A DNA stretch of 64,000 nt from Scenedesmus sp. PABB004. Its lineage: Eukaryota. A program made the translations under genes and the position numbers. Shown here in pieces: positions 1 to 11,578 of the stretch. Position 1 is the first letter of the stretch; the number at the start of each line of letters is the position of its first letter. The notes beneath the pieces were generated by a model. The model made no database searches and had not been told where the DNA came from. It was given only the letters and a program-made list of their open reading frames with translations. The DNA lies in the NCBI GenBank assembly GCA_014905635.1, contig JABVCE010000002.1, positions 806,001 through 870,000 on the forward strand, given 5' to 3'.

Positions 1-123
1 ACGACTGTCGCTGCCGCTCGCTCCGTGCACTGCGCCGCAAGCAACCCGCCGCGAGCTGAGCAGCCCCACTTCCACCGCCGTCCTGCCACGTGGTTTGCGC
101 CGCCGCTGCCCGCGCAGCGCCGG

Positions 124-1114
124 ATGCGCCTGGCAGCGGCAGCTGCGCCGTCGCTGCGCCGCGTGCTGCCGCGGGCCCGGGGCCGGGCCCTGTCCACGAG
201 CTCGCCGCCCTCACCGTCAGCTGCCAGCGCGCCGGCCATGGCGGCGGCGGGTGCGCGCGGCGGCGGCACTGCGTTGGCAGCGGCGGCAGCACGGCAGCGT
301 CGGCGCCTGCTGCGGGCGCCGCCGCCGGCCGACGCGCCCGCGCCGCGCCGCGCGCGCGCAGGCGCGCCGCTGGTGGTGGCCATTGACGGCCCCGCGGCGT
401 CGGGCAAGGGCACGATCGCGAAGCGCCTCGCGTCGGAGTTTGGCCTGGCACACCTCGACACGGGCCTGCTCTATCGCGGCGTCGGCTGGGCCGCGCTCGA
501 CCGCGGCGTCGACCTGGCCGACGAGCCCGCGCTCGCTGACATCGCGGCCGGCCTCGACCTGGCGACCCTCGCCGCCAACCCCGCGCTGCGCGGCGACGAC
601 GCCGCGGCCGCGGCGAGCCGCGTCTCGGCGCTGCCCGCCGTGCGCGGCGCGCTGCTCACGGCGCAGCGGCGCTTCGCGGCGGAGCCACCCGGCGGCCTCC
701 CGGGTGCGCGGCGGGCGCGGGCGCGGCTGCGACGGCGCTGCCGAGCGCCGGCTGAGCGCCGCCCGCGCGCGCCGCGCCACTTCCCGCGCCGCGCGGCGAG
801 CCGCAGGAGCTGTGCTGGACGGCCGCGACGTGGGCACCGTGATCTGCCCCGACGCGCCGGTCAAGCTCTACGTGACCGCCGACGTCGGCGTGCGCGCATC
901 GCGGCGCCTGGCGGAGCTGCACGGCCGCGGCGACGCGGGCGCGACCTACGACGCGGTCCTGGCCGATATGGTCGCGCGCGACGAGCGCGACATGGCGCGC
1001 GCGGCCGCGCCGCTGCGCCCCGCGGACGACGCGCTGTTGCTCGACACGACGGCGCTGAGCGCCGACGACGCCTACGCGCGCGCGCGCGCGGCGGTCGAGG
1101 CGGCGCGCGCGTAG
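124..1114 (+). CDS. cmk: Bacterial-type cytidylate kinase with N-terminal organellar (probably mitochondrial) targeting peptide; about 3 exons
   Basis: [14 protein letters not shown]-loop, [41 protein letters not shown]. Introns ~251-361 and ~704-806. Arg/Ser/Ala-rich leader [27 protein letters not shown]. Confidence 0.9.
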
Positions 1115-1289
1115 CGCAGCGCGGCGCGGCGCGGCGCGGCGCGCGGGCTGTACAGCATGTGTGCCAGAGAGAGGGGGCTCGAACTGCACTGCACTGCGCT
1201 GCACTGCGCTGCGCTGCGTGTGTGGGGGGGGGGGGGGGGAGGGAGGCTGGCACCCACGAGTTACTCTGTCGCAGGAGGCCCGCGCCGCG

Positions 1290-3056
1290 TCACCAGCGCT
1301 CCTCGCTCTCCTTGAACATCTGCCGCGTCTTCGCTCGGATGTTGGTCTCAGCCGTGTTGAGCGGCAGCGTGACCGCGCTCAGCTCGTTCCAGCCCCCCTG
1401 CAGCCGCCGCCGCGCGCCGCCGTGCCGCCCGCCTTGGGCGCGCACCCCGGCGCCGCGCGGCGCGGGCGCGGGCGCGCGCCCACGCCCGGGCGCGGCCGCG
1501 CCAGCGACGCTGACCGGGCCGGCCGGCGGGGGCCGCAGCACGTCGGCGATGCCGTGCGCGACGCCGGCGCCGACAAAGATGTTGAGGACCACCACCGGCA
1601 CGCGCTGCGTGCCGGCCACCACCACCGCCTCGTCCGCGCCTTGCCTGGCGGCGCGCGCAGGCAGGCGGGCGGGCGGGCGGGCATCGGCGGCGCGCCGCGC
1701 GAGAGCGCTCGCGCAAGCATCCGTCCCCCCGGCGCCGCCGCCGCGCACCGGTCGACGTACACCACCGACAGATCCGCCCGCTCCAGCAGCGTCGCGACGC
1801 GTTTGCCGCTGGTGAAGCCGTCGGGGATGGCGTGCAGGCCGGGCAGCACGTGGAAGCGCAGCGTGCGCGACAGCGCCGGCGCCGACACGAGCGCCTCGGC
1901 GCGCGCCGGGCTGGCGGCCGCGATGGCCGCCCAGTCGAACCCCGCCGCCGCCCACGCGCGGTTGCCGGGCACGAGCAGCGTCGTCGGCTGCCGCGCGGAC
2001 GCGGCGTCGAGGCGCACGAGCAGCCCCGAGCGCAGCAGGCCGACGCACATGTCGCTGACCGTGCCCGGCCGGTCGTTGCAGAGCGCGGCGTAGTTCGTGT
2101 AGTAGCGCCCTGCGCCGCCGAGGTGGCGGCGCCGGCGGCGGCGTGACGCGCAGGCGGCCTGCTGCACCGCGCGCGCGCGCTCGCCCTCTAGAGGCGCCGC
2201 CCGGCCCCCAGACCGCCGCCCCCACATCGCGCGGCGCGCACACCCGAGAAGAGCACGCGGTCGATGACGACGGCGGTCTGGTTGGGCCGGAGCTGCACGA
2301 CGCGCAGCACGTTGACGGGGAAGCCCTGAGGGTCGGTGATGCGCACGCCGCCGGCGGTGCGCGACACCGCGAGCTCGTTGGTGCCGCCCGCCTCGGTGTG
2401 AACCACCGCAAACGCGCCGGCCGCGAGCGCGCGCTGCGCGTCGGGCGGCACCGCCAGCACGAGGTGCATCGCCGCCAGCTGCTTTGCGAGCTCCGGCCGC
2501 GCGCGCAGCGCGCCCGCCAGGCCCTCGCCCTGCAGGCCCATGGCGGCCAAAAAGCTGGCGACCGCCGCGTCGGTCGGCCTGCGGCGCCCCGCGCGGCGGC
2601 CGGCGCCGGCGCGCGTCGGCCGCCTGTGGCCGCCCGGCTGCGGCGCCCGCGGCCGCGCGCTGCCGCGCGCGTGCACTCACACGAGCGCAGCAAAGCGAGC
2701 AGAGGGTTCACGCATGTCCTGCGCGACGCCCGCCACCTCCAGCACGGTGCGCCACGAGTTGATGTTGGCGTCGCGCCAGGGGTCGGACGGCGCGGCGGCG
2801 CCTGCGCCGCGCGGCGGCGGGGCGGGCACGCATGCGGCGCGCGGCGTTCCGAGCGGAGGTGGCCGACAAGAAGCCACAGGGCACCTCAGCTGGGAGCTCC
2901 GGCAGCTTGCGGCGCCGCCGCGAGCTGCGGCAGCACCAGCAGCAGCTGGTGCCGGCGGTGCCGACGCGAGCGCGCCTCACCTGCTGCTCCATCGAGCTCC
3001 GCTGCACCAACAAGCAGCAGCGCCGTCATCACCGCCCTGGCCACCGACCTCGCCAT
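1290..3056 (-). CDS. Secreted fasciclin (FAS1) domain protein with two FAS1 repeats; multi-exon
   Basis: Signal peptide MARSVARAVMTALLLVGAA. H1-like motifs ALVPTDAA and TLLVPGNRAW, LRFHVLPG, H2-like motifs VVIDRVL and VAHGIADVL. Confidence 0.75.
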
Positions 3057-3466
3057 GGCTCGCACGGAGCGGCCTGGCGCGCCGTTTGGAGGATGCCAGC
3101 GGCGCCGCCGGCGCGCAAGGGCGGTTCCGGAGCGGCCCGCGGCGGTCGCGGCCCGTCGCAGAGCTGCTGCGCGATCCACGGAGCAGCTGCCGCGAGGTAC
3201 TCGCTCGTTCACAGCGAGCGGCGGAGGCGGCGGACGCGGCGGATGCAGCGCAGCGGCGCAGCAGGCGAGGAGCAGCTGCCGCGCAGGGGTGAGCGGGGTT
3301 GAGCGTGATCTCGGTGCGCAGGGGCAGCACCACCGGTGCGGCGCCGCGCTTCGCCGGCGTGACGCCGTCGTTGCATGTGGCGCCACGCTGGCCTCGGCGC
3401 GCCTCCCCGTCCACTCCCATCACCCACGCCCGTTGCCGCAGCCCCCGCACCCCGCGCTGACACACG

Positions 3467-4471
3467 ATGGAGGTGTGGCGCAACGCTGGCGTGGGCCTGC
3501 CGGCGGGCGGCTCGTCGGAGCCCACGGCGCGCTCCGACCCGCCGGCGGTCAAGCCCTGGAGCGAGACCGACCCCGCGTGAGAGGGGGGCGTGGCAGCAGC
3601 AGCGGCGCGCGCGGGCGCTGGCGCGCGCCGCTGCCTCACGCGCAGCGCCGAACGCCGCTGCCCCGCGATCCGCCCCTCGACTCCCCCAGCATCCAGGGGC
3701 TGCTCACGAGCATGCTGGGCATCTACACCGCGCGCGAGCAGGCCCAGCTCGACAAGGCGCGCCCGCCGCGCGGCGGCCGCCCGCGCCCGGCGCGCCCGGC
3801 GCGCCCTGCGCGCCCTGACCGCCGCGCCCGGCCGCGCCCCGCGCCGCCAGACGTTTGCGGCGTTCAAGCCCAACTGCGAGTTCGACCTGCCCCTCTTCTT
3901 CGTGCGCGGCTCGTCGCGCATGCGCGTGCTCACAAACCTTGTCTCCATGGCGTTTGACGTGACCGTCACGCCCAAGGTGGCACGCGCGCCCGCGGTGGCA
4001 CCAGCGCCGCGCTGCAGGCACTGCCGCCGCCGCCGCCGCGGCGGTGGGCTCGCGCGCGCGGCCACTGCGCGCGCGCCCGCCTGCGCGCACCGTCGCCGCC
4101 CAGGTGGTGGGCGTGCAGCTGCTGGACAGCGGCCTGGGGCGCATCGACCTCGAGGGCACGCTGCAGCTGCGCCCGCGCCTGCCGTTCGCGGCCGGCGCGG
4201 CGGCGACGGTGCACGCGACGTGGACGGTCATCGCGGCAGGCGGCGACGACCGCATCCTCAGCGTCAAGGGTGCGCGGGGGCGTGCGCTGTGCGCTGGGCG
4301 CCCGCGCCGCCTGGCCTGGCCCCGCCCGCCACGCGCGTGCGCGCCAGGCCCACCCCAGCCGCCGCCCTGGCCGCAGAGACGATGCACAACCTGCCGCACT
4401 TGCCGCACCTGCTGCGCGCGCTGGGCTCGACGCTGCTCACGAACGCCGGCCTGGCGGTCGGCAGCTGGTGA
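3467..4471 (+). CDS. Hypothetical protein of ~190 aa, possibly SnoaL/NTF2-like fold; about 5 exons
   Basis: Coding-like exons join at splice sites: MEVWRNAG..., IQGLLTSMLGIYTAREQAQLDK|TFAAFKPNCEFDLPLFFVRG..., VVGVQLLDSGLGRIDLEGTLQL..., ETMHNLPH...GSW*. The fold call is inference. Confidence 0.6.
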
Positions 4472-4864
4472 GCTGCGCTGCAGCGGGCGCCCTTGATCGA
4501 GGGACGCGGGGTGCATGTGGCGGCGGGCGCGCGCTCGCGCGCGTGTGCACAGGAGCTCGGCGGGGCAGTTGGCGGTGGAGGCTGCGGCTGGCCGAGCCAG
4601 CAGCTCGGCGTCGAGTGTGGCGGCGCGCAGTTGACGGTGGGGGCGGCGCCTGTTACGCCCTCAACTACCCCCAACCGCCACGACCGCACAGCAGGCAAAG
4701 CGGTCCAACACGCCGCAGCGCGCCTGCGCCCGCGCAACTGCCGCCCGCCGCGCGAGCGCTCCGTGAAAACCGCGCCGCCGCGCCCCCGCTGATTCGACTC
4801 GGTTCCAGCCGTTTGCCAGCCCTGCAGGTGCCGCAGCACGCGCGCGTGCCTGGCAGCAGCAGCA

Positions 4865-7694
4865 TCACAGCATCCAGTATGGCACCTTTGAGAGGACGAT
4901 CTCGCGGCCCTCCTTGCCAAAGCGCTGCATCATCTCCAGCTCGCCCTGCGCGCGCGCACGGGCCGGCGGCGCGGCGGCGGCTGGGACGGCGCGGCTGGCG
5001 CGGTGCGGCTGGGCGCAGCAGGCGGCCGGCGCGCAGCCCCTGGTGGCGCTGGCGGCGGCGGCGGCGGCAGCAGCGCGGCCCGCCGGCGCGCAGCGCACCT
5101 CGAGCAGCTTCACGCGGTTGGCGGAGCGCGGGTGGTCCTGGATGTAGGAGGCGTTGCTGGCGGCCTTGCCCATCATGCGCGCCTGGTAGGCCTGCAGCGG
5201 GGCGGCCGCGCGGGGCGCACGCGCAGGGCGGTCGCGCGCCTGACGCTGCCGTGCGCGGGCGCTCCTGCGCGCGCCGCCGCCGCACCTCCATCTTGGCAAA
5301 GGTCTCGGGCGCCTTGGCGGCGCGGTAGCCGGCGATGGACATGAGCTTCAGCCCGATCAGGTCCGCTTCAGCTTCGGCGCGCCTGCGCAGGCGGCGGCGC
5401 GGCGGGCGTCGGCGCGGCGGGCGTCGGCGCGGCGGGCGTCGGCGCGGCGGGCGTCGGCGCGCGCGACCAGCGGCGGCCGCGCGGCCAGCGCGGCGCGCTG
5501 CGCATGCGCTGCGCGCGTCGCCTGGGCGCCTCACCTGGAGAAGGGCAGCTGCAGCAGCAGGTTGGTGGCTATGTTGATCAGCCCGCCCACCGGGCTGCCG
5601 CCCCCGCGGCCGCCGCCGCCGCCGCCAAACGGCCCGCCGCGCCCCGGCAGCCGCCCTGGGCCCGCCGCCATCTCCGCGTCTGCGCGGCGGCGGCCGCCGC
5701 GTCGGCGGCCGCGTCCGCGGCGCGCCCCGCCTGAGCGCTCGGCCGGCGCGCGCGCGCGCGGCCCGCCGCGGCACCGGCCGCCGCCCCGCTGCGCCCGCCC
5801 GGCTGCCCGGCCGCCGCCCCGGCCCCGCGCGGCGCACCGGGCGTGAGGTAGTAGATGCTGCGCCCGCCGCGCGCGGCCGCAAACGGCGCGCGGCGGTGGT
5901 AGTAGGGGTTGTCGTGGGGGTTGTCGTACGGGTTGGCCCCGTACGCGCGTGGGCCGGGCACAAAGCCGCCGCCCTGCCCGCCGCCGGGGCCCCACGTGCG
6001 CGGGTCGCGCGGGTCGACCGGCCGCCCGCTGACCGGGTCAAACCACACGCCGCTGCGCGGGTCGCGCACCGGGCCGCGCGCGTAGGGCGCGTCGTACGCG
6101 GGCTGGCGGTCGCGCACGGTGCGCTGCGCGGCGTACGCCGCGAGCTGGCGGCGCGCGGCGCGCGGCGCGCGCGCGGCGCGGGCGGCGGCGGGCGCAAGCT
6201 CTCAGCCGGCGCCGCGCGGCGGCCGGGCCTCCGCCGCGCGCCCCGCGCGCCCTGCGCTGGGCTGCCCGCCGCGCCGCGCCGCGCCGCGCCGCGCCGCCGG
6301 CCGCGGCGTCACCTGGACGGCGAGCGCGATGAAGAGCCCCAGGCTGATCTTCTCGGCCGAGTGCCGCGCGAGCGCGTGCGCGCACTCGTGGCCGATGATG
6401 GTCGCGAGCATGTCCTCGTCCGCGCTCATGAGCTCGATGATGCCGCAGAAGACCACGATCTTGCCGCCCGGCAGCACAAAGGCGTTGACCGTGGGGTCGT
6501 CGATGACCACCACCTGCGCGGCGGGGCCCCCGCCGCGCCGCGCCGCGCCGCGCCGGCCGTCGGGCGGTGCGCAGCGCGCAGCTGGCGGCGCGCCGGGCGC
6601 GCGCGCGCTGGCGGGCGCCGCCGCGCGCGCGCGGGCGGCTCGCAGCGCGCCGCGCCGCGCACCTCCCAGTCGAACTTGGGGATGTGGCCCTGGAAGCCGC
6701 CGCCGTGGCCCTCCTCGACGGCGTTGATGATGCGCTCCGCGACGCGCTGCACGAGCCGCGAGTCGCGGTGGTCGGGCGGCAGCGCCTTGCCCCGGTACTG
6801 CGGCTGCTGCAGCACCTGCGGCGGGCGCGGGCGGGCGCGCGCGCGGGCGCGGGCGCGCGAGGCGGGCGGCGGGCTCGGCGCGCGAGGCGTGCTGGCCGCC
6901 GCGCGCGTCGTCGCGCGGCGCTCGCGGGACGCGAGGGCTCGGCGGCGCACCTGTGCAAAGCTGAACTGGCCGAGCAGGAGCTCCGCCCACACCGGCAGCA
7001 GCAGCGTGTGCTTGCGCAGCGTGAAGGGGACCTGTGCGCGACGCGCGCGGCGCGCGGCGGGGGCGGGTTGGCCGCCCGCGTGCGCGCTGGCCGCCGCGCG
7101 CGCGCGTGCTGCCGCGCGTGAGCTGCTGCTGCTGCGCGCGTGAGCTCCCGCGCGTGCTGCCGCGCGGCGCGCGCCTTCTGCTCCAGCGTCGCGGCCTGCA
7201 GCCGCGCCGCGACGCCCGCGGCGACGCCGACCGCGACCGCGGGCCAGTCGTGCGCGTCGCTGAGCGCGAAGCTGCCGAGCCCGCCCAGCGTCGGCAGCGC
7301 GACGTCGATAAGGCCCACGGGACTGTCGCGCATGACCTCCTTCGCCCGCTGCACCAGGCTCTGCGGCGGCGCGGCGCGGCGGCGGCGGTCGGCCGGCGCG
7401 GGCGCAATGCGCGGCGCGCGCCGGCCGCGCGCGCACCTGCGGGCCACTGCCCTCATCGGGGGGCTCGCTCTCGGTGAAGTGGCGCCGCCACGAGGGCTCG
7501 GCCGCGACCTCGCGCGCCGCCTCCGCCTCGCGGCTGCCCTCGCGGAAGCGGCACGGCGCGGGCGCGCGGCGGCGGGGCGCCGCGCGGGCGCCCAGCGCGC
7601 GGCCGCGCAGCGACGGCGGCGGCGCGGCCGCGGCGGCGCCGCGCGGCCGCTGCGCCGCGCCGGCGGCGCGGGGCGTGCTGCGTGCGCACAGCAT
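4865..7694 (-). CDS. M48 zinc metallopeptidase, OMA1-like, with transit-peptide-like N-terminus; multi-exon
   Basis: VPFTLRKH, WEVVVIDDPTVNAFVLPGGKIVVFCGII, HEXXH in GHECAHALARHSAE, LPFSRRAEAEADLIG, DHPRSANR. Confidence 0.9.
5395..5460. repeat. Intronic 15-bp tandem repeat (GGCGGGCGTCGGCGC), about 4 copies
   Basis: Visible directly; lies in an M48 gene intron. Confidence 0.8.
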
Positions 7695-8325
7695 CGTGTG
7701 CGTGCAGCTGGGCGTGCTGGAGAGAGGGGAGGGCGCCGCTGTGGGGGCCGGGATGGGGGCCCAGGAGCATGGTGGGCGTCAGCTGCGCGCGCAGGCGGCG
7801 CATCGACGGCGCATCGCGCGACGTCACGGCCGGCCGACTGCCCGCTGTGCTGGCGCGCGCGTGGCGTGTGGCCGATCACAAGTCGCACGCAGCGCGCCCA
7901 GCTCCGCGCGCCCGCCACACCGCGCCAGCAGCAGCAGCGCTCCACGCGCGCCCTCGCTGCAACACGCCGCGCGCCTCAGGTGCGGCCGAATACTGCCGTC
8001 TCGCCCAGCACACCGCAGCTGCTGCGCGCGGCGCACCGGTCGGTCGCGGGCGATGCTGCGACTCCGAGCAGCTCCCCGGCGCCTGCGCAGCCCCGCGCCG
8101 GCCGGCGGCGTGCCCTTCAGTGCAGCACAGCCGCGTGCAGCTCACAGCGCCGCGCGCGCGGCGTGAACGGCCCCTGGCGCGCGGCAGCAGCGAGCGTCAC
8201 CGGCGCAGCAGCGCGGCGCCAACTGTCGGCCGCCACGCCGCCGCCCAGCCCGCGCCGCCGCCGCCGCCGCGCCGCCGCCCCCAGGTCGCCCCGGCCGCCG
8301 GGAGCAGCTCGCGCCCGCCAGGGCC

Positions 8326-10816
8326 ATGGCGCGGCGCGTGCTCGCGCTGCTGTGCGCGGCCGCGGCGCTGAGCGTCGCGGCCGCGGGGCGGGGTGAGCGC
8401 CGCCGGCGGGCGCTGCCAGCCGCCGCGCGCGACGCGGACCGCGCGCGCATGCACCCCCGCGCACGCACACCCGCGCACGCGCGCTGGCCCGCCCCGCAGG
8501 CGAGTTCTCGCCCTCGGTCGTGCTGACGAGCCTGGACGAGATGGCCAACAACTGTGAGTCGATGGTGAGCAACGCGCTCACGCTCAACAGCAAGAGCATC
8601 AAGTTTGTGCCCACCGTGCACTACTACGGCAGCGAGTCGTCGCTCAACAGCTTCTGCTTCAGGCGCGCGCGCGCCCGCCCGCGCGCGCCCGCGCGCGCGC
8701 TGCCCCGGCCGCCCACGCAGCGCGGGCGTGGCGCGGCGCCCGGGCCCCGGCGGTGCCGGGCCGCCTGCGACTGGTGCCCAGCCGCCTCCCGCACGTGCGT
8801 CCACGGGCCGCAGGCAGAACTGGGGATCCTGCGAGGCGCCGAACAAGGACAACATCGAGCGCTTCACGGCGCTGCTGGCCAAGTGCATGCAGCGCGCGGT
8901 CGACGCGGGCAAGGACATCGCGGTGCTGGCGCACCTCGACAACGCCGGGGTGCGCCCGCTCGCCCGCCCGCCCGCGCGCCGCGGCGCCGTCAGGGGCTCC
9001 CGCGCGCGGCGGCGGCCGCGCCGCGCCGTCCGCCGCACGCCGACGCGGCCCCGCCCGCCCGCCCGCTGCCCGGCCGCCGCACGCGCGCGCGGGGTCAGAG
9101 CTACACGTGGCGCAACCTGCTGCAGTTCAGCCCCACCGAGAAGAAGGGCGGCTACAGCTACGCCGACGTCGTGATCGCGCCCATGGCGCGCGCGGTCAAC
9201 CGCGTGATCAAGTGAGGGCCGCGGCAGAGAGGCAGAGGCAGAGGCAGAGGCAGAGGCAGAGGCAGAGGCAGAGGCAGAGGCAGAGGCAGAGGCAGAGGCA
9301 GAGGCAGAGGCAGAGGCAGAGGCAGAGGCAGAGGCAGAGGCAGAGGCAGAGGCAGAGGCAGAGGCAGAGGCGGCAGAGGGGGGCTGCCCCGCCCGGGGGC
9401 GGCGGCGCCGGGCGCGGGGCCGGCACAACCAGCGCCCGACGCGCCCCGCCGCGCCGCCGCGCGTCGCCGCGGGGCGCAGGCCGGGCACCAAGGTGGTCTT
9501 CACGCTCAACGGCGAGACGGGCAAGAGCGTGTCGCAGTACGCGCGCGAGTGGCTGAAGCTCGTGCCGCTGACCAAGAGCCTCATCCGGGGCAGCAAGGGC
9601 CTCGCCGCCAAGGACGTGATGGTGCGCGCGGGCATGGTGCTGCCGCCCCGCTCGCCCTGCCGCCGGCCTCTCTGCCTCGCGCCCCGCCCCTGCCGCCGCC
9701 GCCCACGCTCGCGCACGCGGCGCGGCGGCGCAACCGCAGGTCGGCATCTCCCTCAACTACAACAAGGTCTTTGGCTGGATCGACTTTGACTCGATCAGCC
9801 CCGAGTACATCTCCAAGAACTTTGACCGCGAGTGGAAGGAGCAGGCCAAGCTCTACCCCATGGACCTGGCCGGCATGCGCGCGCTCTACAACGCCGTCGA
9901 CGTCATCGGCGTCTCGGGTGCGCCGCGGCGCGCGGCGCGGCGCTGCACGCGCGGCGCAGCTCCGGCGCGCCGCAGCGGCCTGCCCCGCCCCGCCGCGGCG
10001 GCCGACGACGCGCGCCCGCCCGCCCGCCCGCGCCCGCCGCCCGCGTGCCGCAGCCTACCCGCCGCTGTACCTCGGCTTCCGTGAGGACGCGCTGAGCACG
10101 CCGCTCAAGTACCACGAGCAGGAGCTGAGCTACGCGGGCATCAACCTCAAGCAGCTCATCAAGAGCGGCAAGAAGGCGCGCCTGAGCGCGCCGCCGCGCC
10201 GCGTTGGGTGTGTGTGTGGCGCCGCGCACCCCTGCCGCGCCCACGCGCCGCGCCCGCGCGCCCGCGCGCCCACGCGCCGCGTCGCGCCCGCGCGCCCGCG
10301 CCCGCGCGCCGCAGCTGGTCATCTCGGAGTGGGGCCTCGGCGGCGGCACGCAGGACGGCAACGCCATCGCGCCGACCGTGGAGGACGTGGCGGGGCACCC
10401 CTTCTTCGGCCTGTGGTACCCCTATGGCTCGTGGAAGGACCCCTGGCGCAACGGGCAGTACGCCGACTACAGGCGCTACCTGTACAGCCAGACCGCCAAG
10501 TGGCTGCGCGGCGGTGCGCAGGAGTACGCGCTGGACGGCATCTACGTCTGGACCGCGGGTGGGTGCGGCCGCGCGGCGGCGGCGGCACGGGCGGCGGCGG
10601 CGGAGGCACGGGCGGCGGCGGCGGCGGATGACGCCGGCAGCGGCGGCGAGGCAGGGCCTTCGGACTGCGCCCACGCGCCGCCGGCGTGCGCGCCCCGCAG
10701 GCTCGTGGGACGCGCTCGGCGTGCACTACGCGACGTCGGGCAGCGACGGCAGCTGGGCGGACCCGCAGATCGTGTCGATGGTCAAGGCGCACAACAAGGC
10801 GGTCAACGGGCGCTGA
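8326..10816 (+). CDS. Secreted protein, putative clan GH-A (beta/alpha)8 glycoside hydrolase, loosely GH113-like; about 9 exons
   Basis: Signal peptide MARRVLALLCAAAALSVAAA. Barrel-like strand motifs FVPTVHY, AVLAHLD, WRN, FTLNGE (candidate acid/base), DVIGVSAYPPL, LVISEWG (candidate nucleophile), GIYVW. Confidence 0.65.
9229..9366. repeat. Perfect hexamer microsatellite (GAGGCA)23 in an intron
   Basis: Counted from the sequence; follows the GT donor at ~9212. Confidence 0.95.
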
Positions 10817-11578
10817 GCAGCGCCGCCGCGGGCGCTGCGAGGGGGCCAGCGCACCAGCGGGCGCGCCGAGGGCGGGGGGCCTGGGCGGCGGCAGCCGCCC
10901 GCCGATTTCGACGGCCCGACGCGGGGGCGCGCGCAGCGAGTGCACGCGCTCGGGGGGTGGAGGCGGACCGAACGAGCGTGGGTACTGGGCCTGGGTCGGG
11001 GCCTGGAAGAGATGCAACCGAGCCTGAGCGCGCGTGCTCCGCTCGCGGCCCGACGGAGGCAGCAGCGGCCGCTGGCGGCGGCGCCGGCTCCACCGCCCCC
11101 AAAGCGCTGCCCTTTGCCGAACAGCTTTTAAACTGCCCAGAGTATCTGCACCCGCGGCGGCAGCTCCCGCGCGCCCTGCGTGTGGCGGGAGGCGAGGCAG
11201 CACCTGGATGCCGCCGCCGTGCCAGGCTCGTGGCAGGCCTGCCTGGAGCACCGAACGCCTCCCCAATATTTTCTTGCACACTAATGAATCCACCCGGCCA
11301 CTGATCACGCCCCCTGCGCACCTGGCGGTCGCAGCTGCGCGCAGGCCCCGCATGTCACAACCTCGAGCAGCGTAGCTTCCTCGGCTGGCCGCGCCTGGAC
11401 CTCCACCTGCGCCTATGTATACCCAGTGCATTGCTCTTCTGCACTGTCTGCCCAGCGAAGCAGCGTCGCCACTGAGCGCCACGCCCCGGCCCTTCCCGCC
11501 AGGCGTGCGGCAACCACCTCGCCAACCACCCACGTACGTCGCCGCGCCGCCCAATCAGCGAGCTCGAATAGCTTCAAG

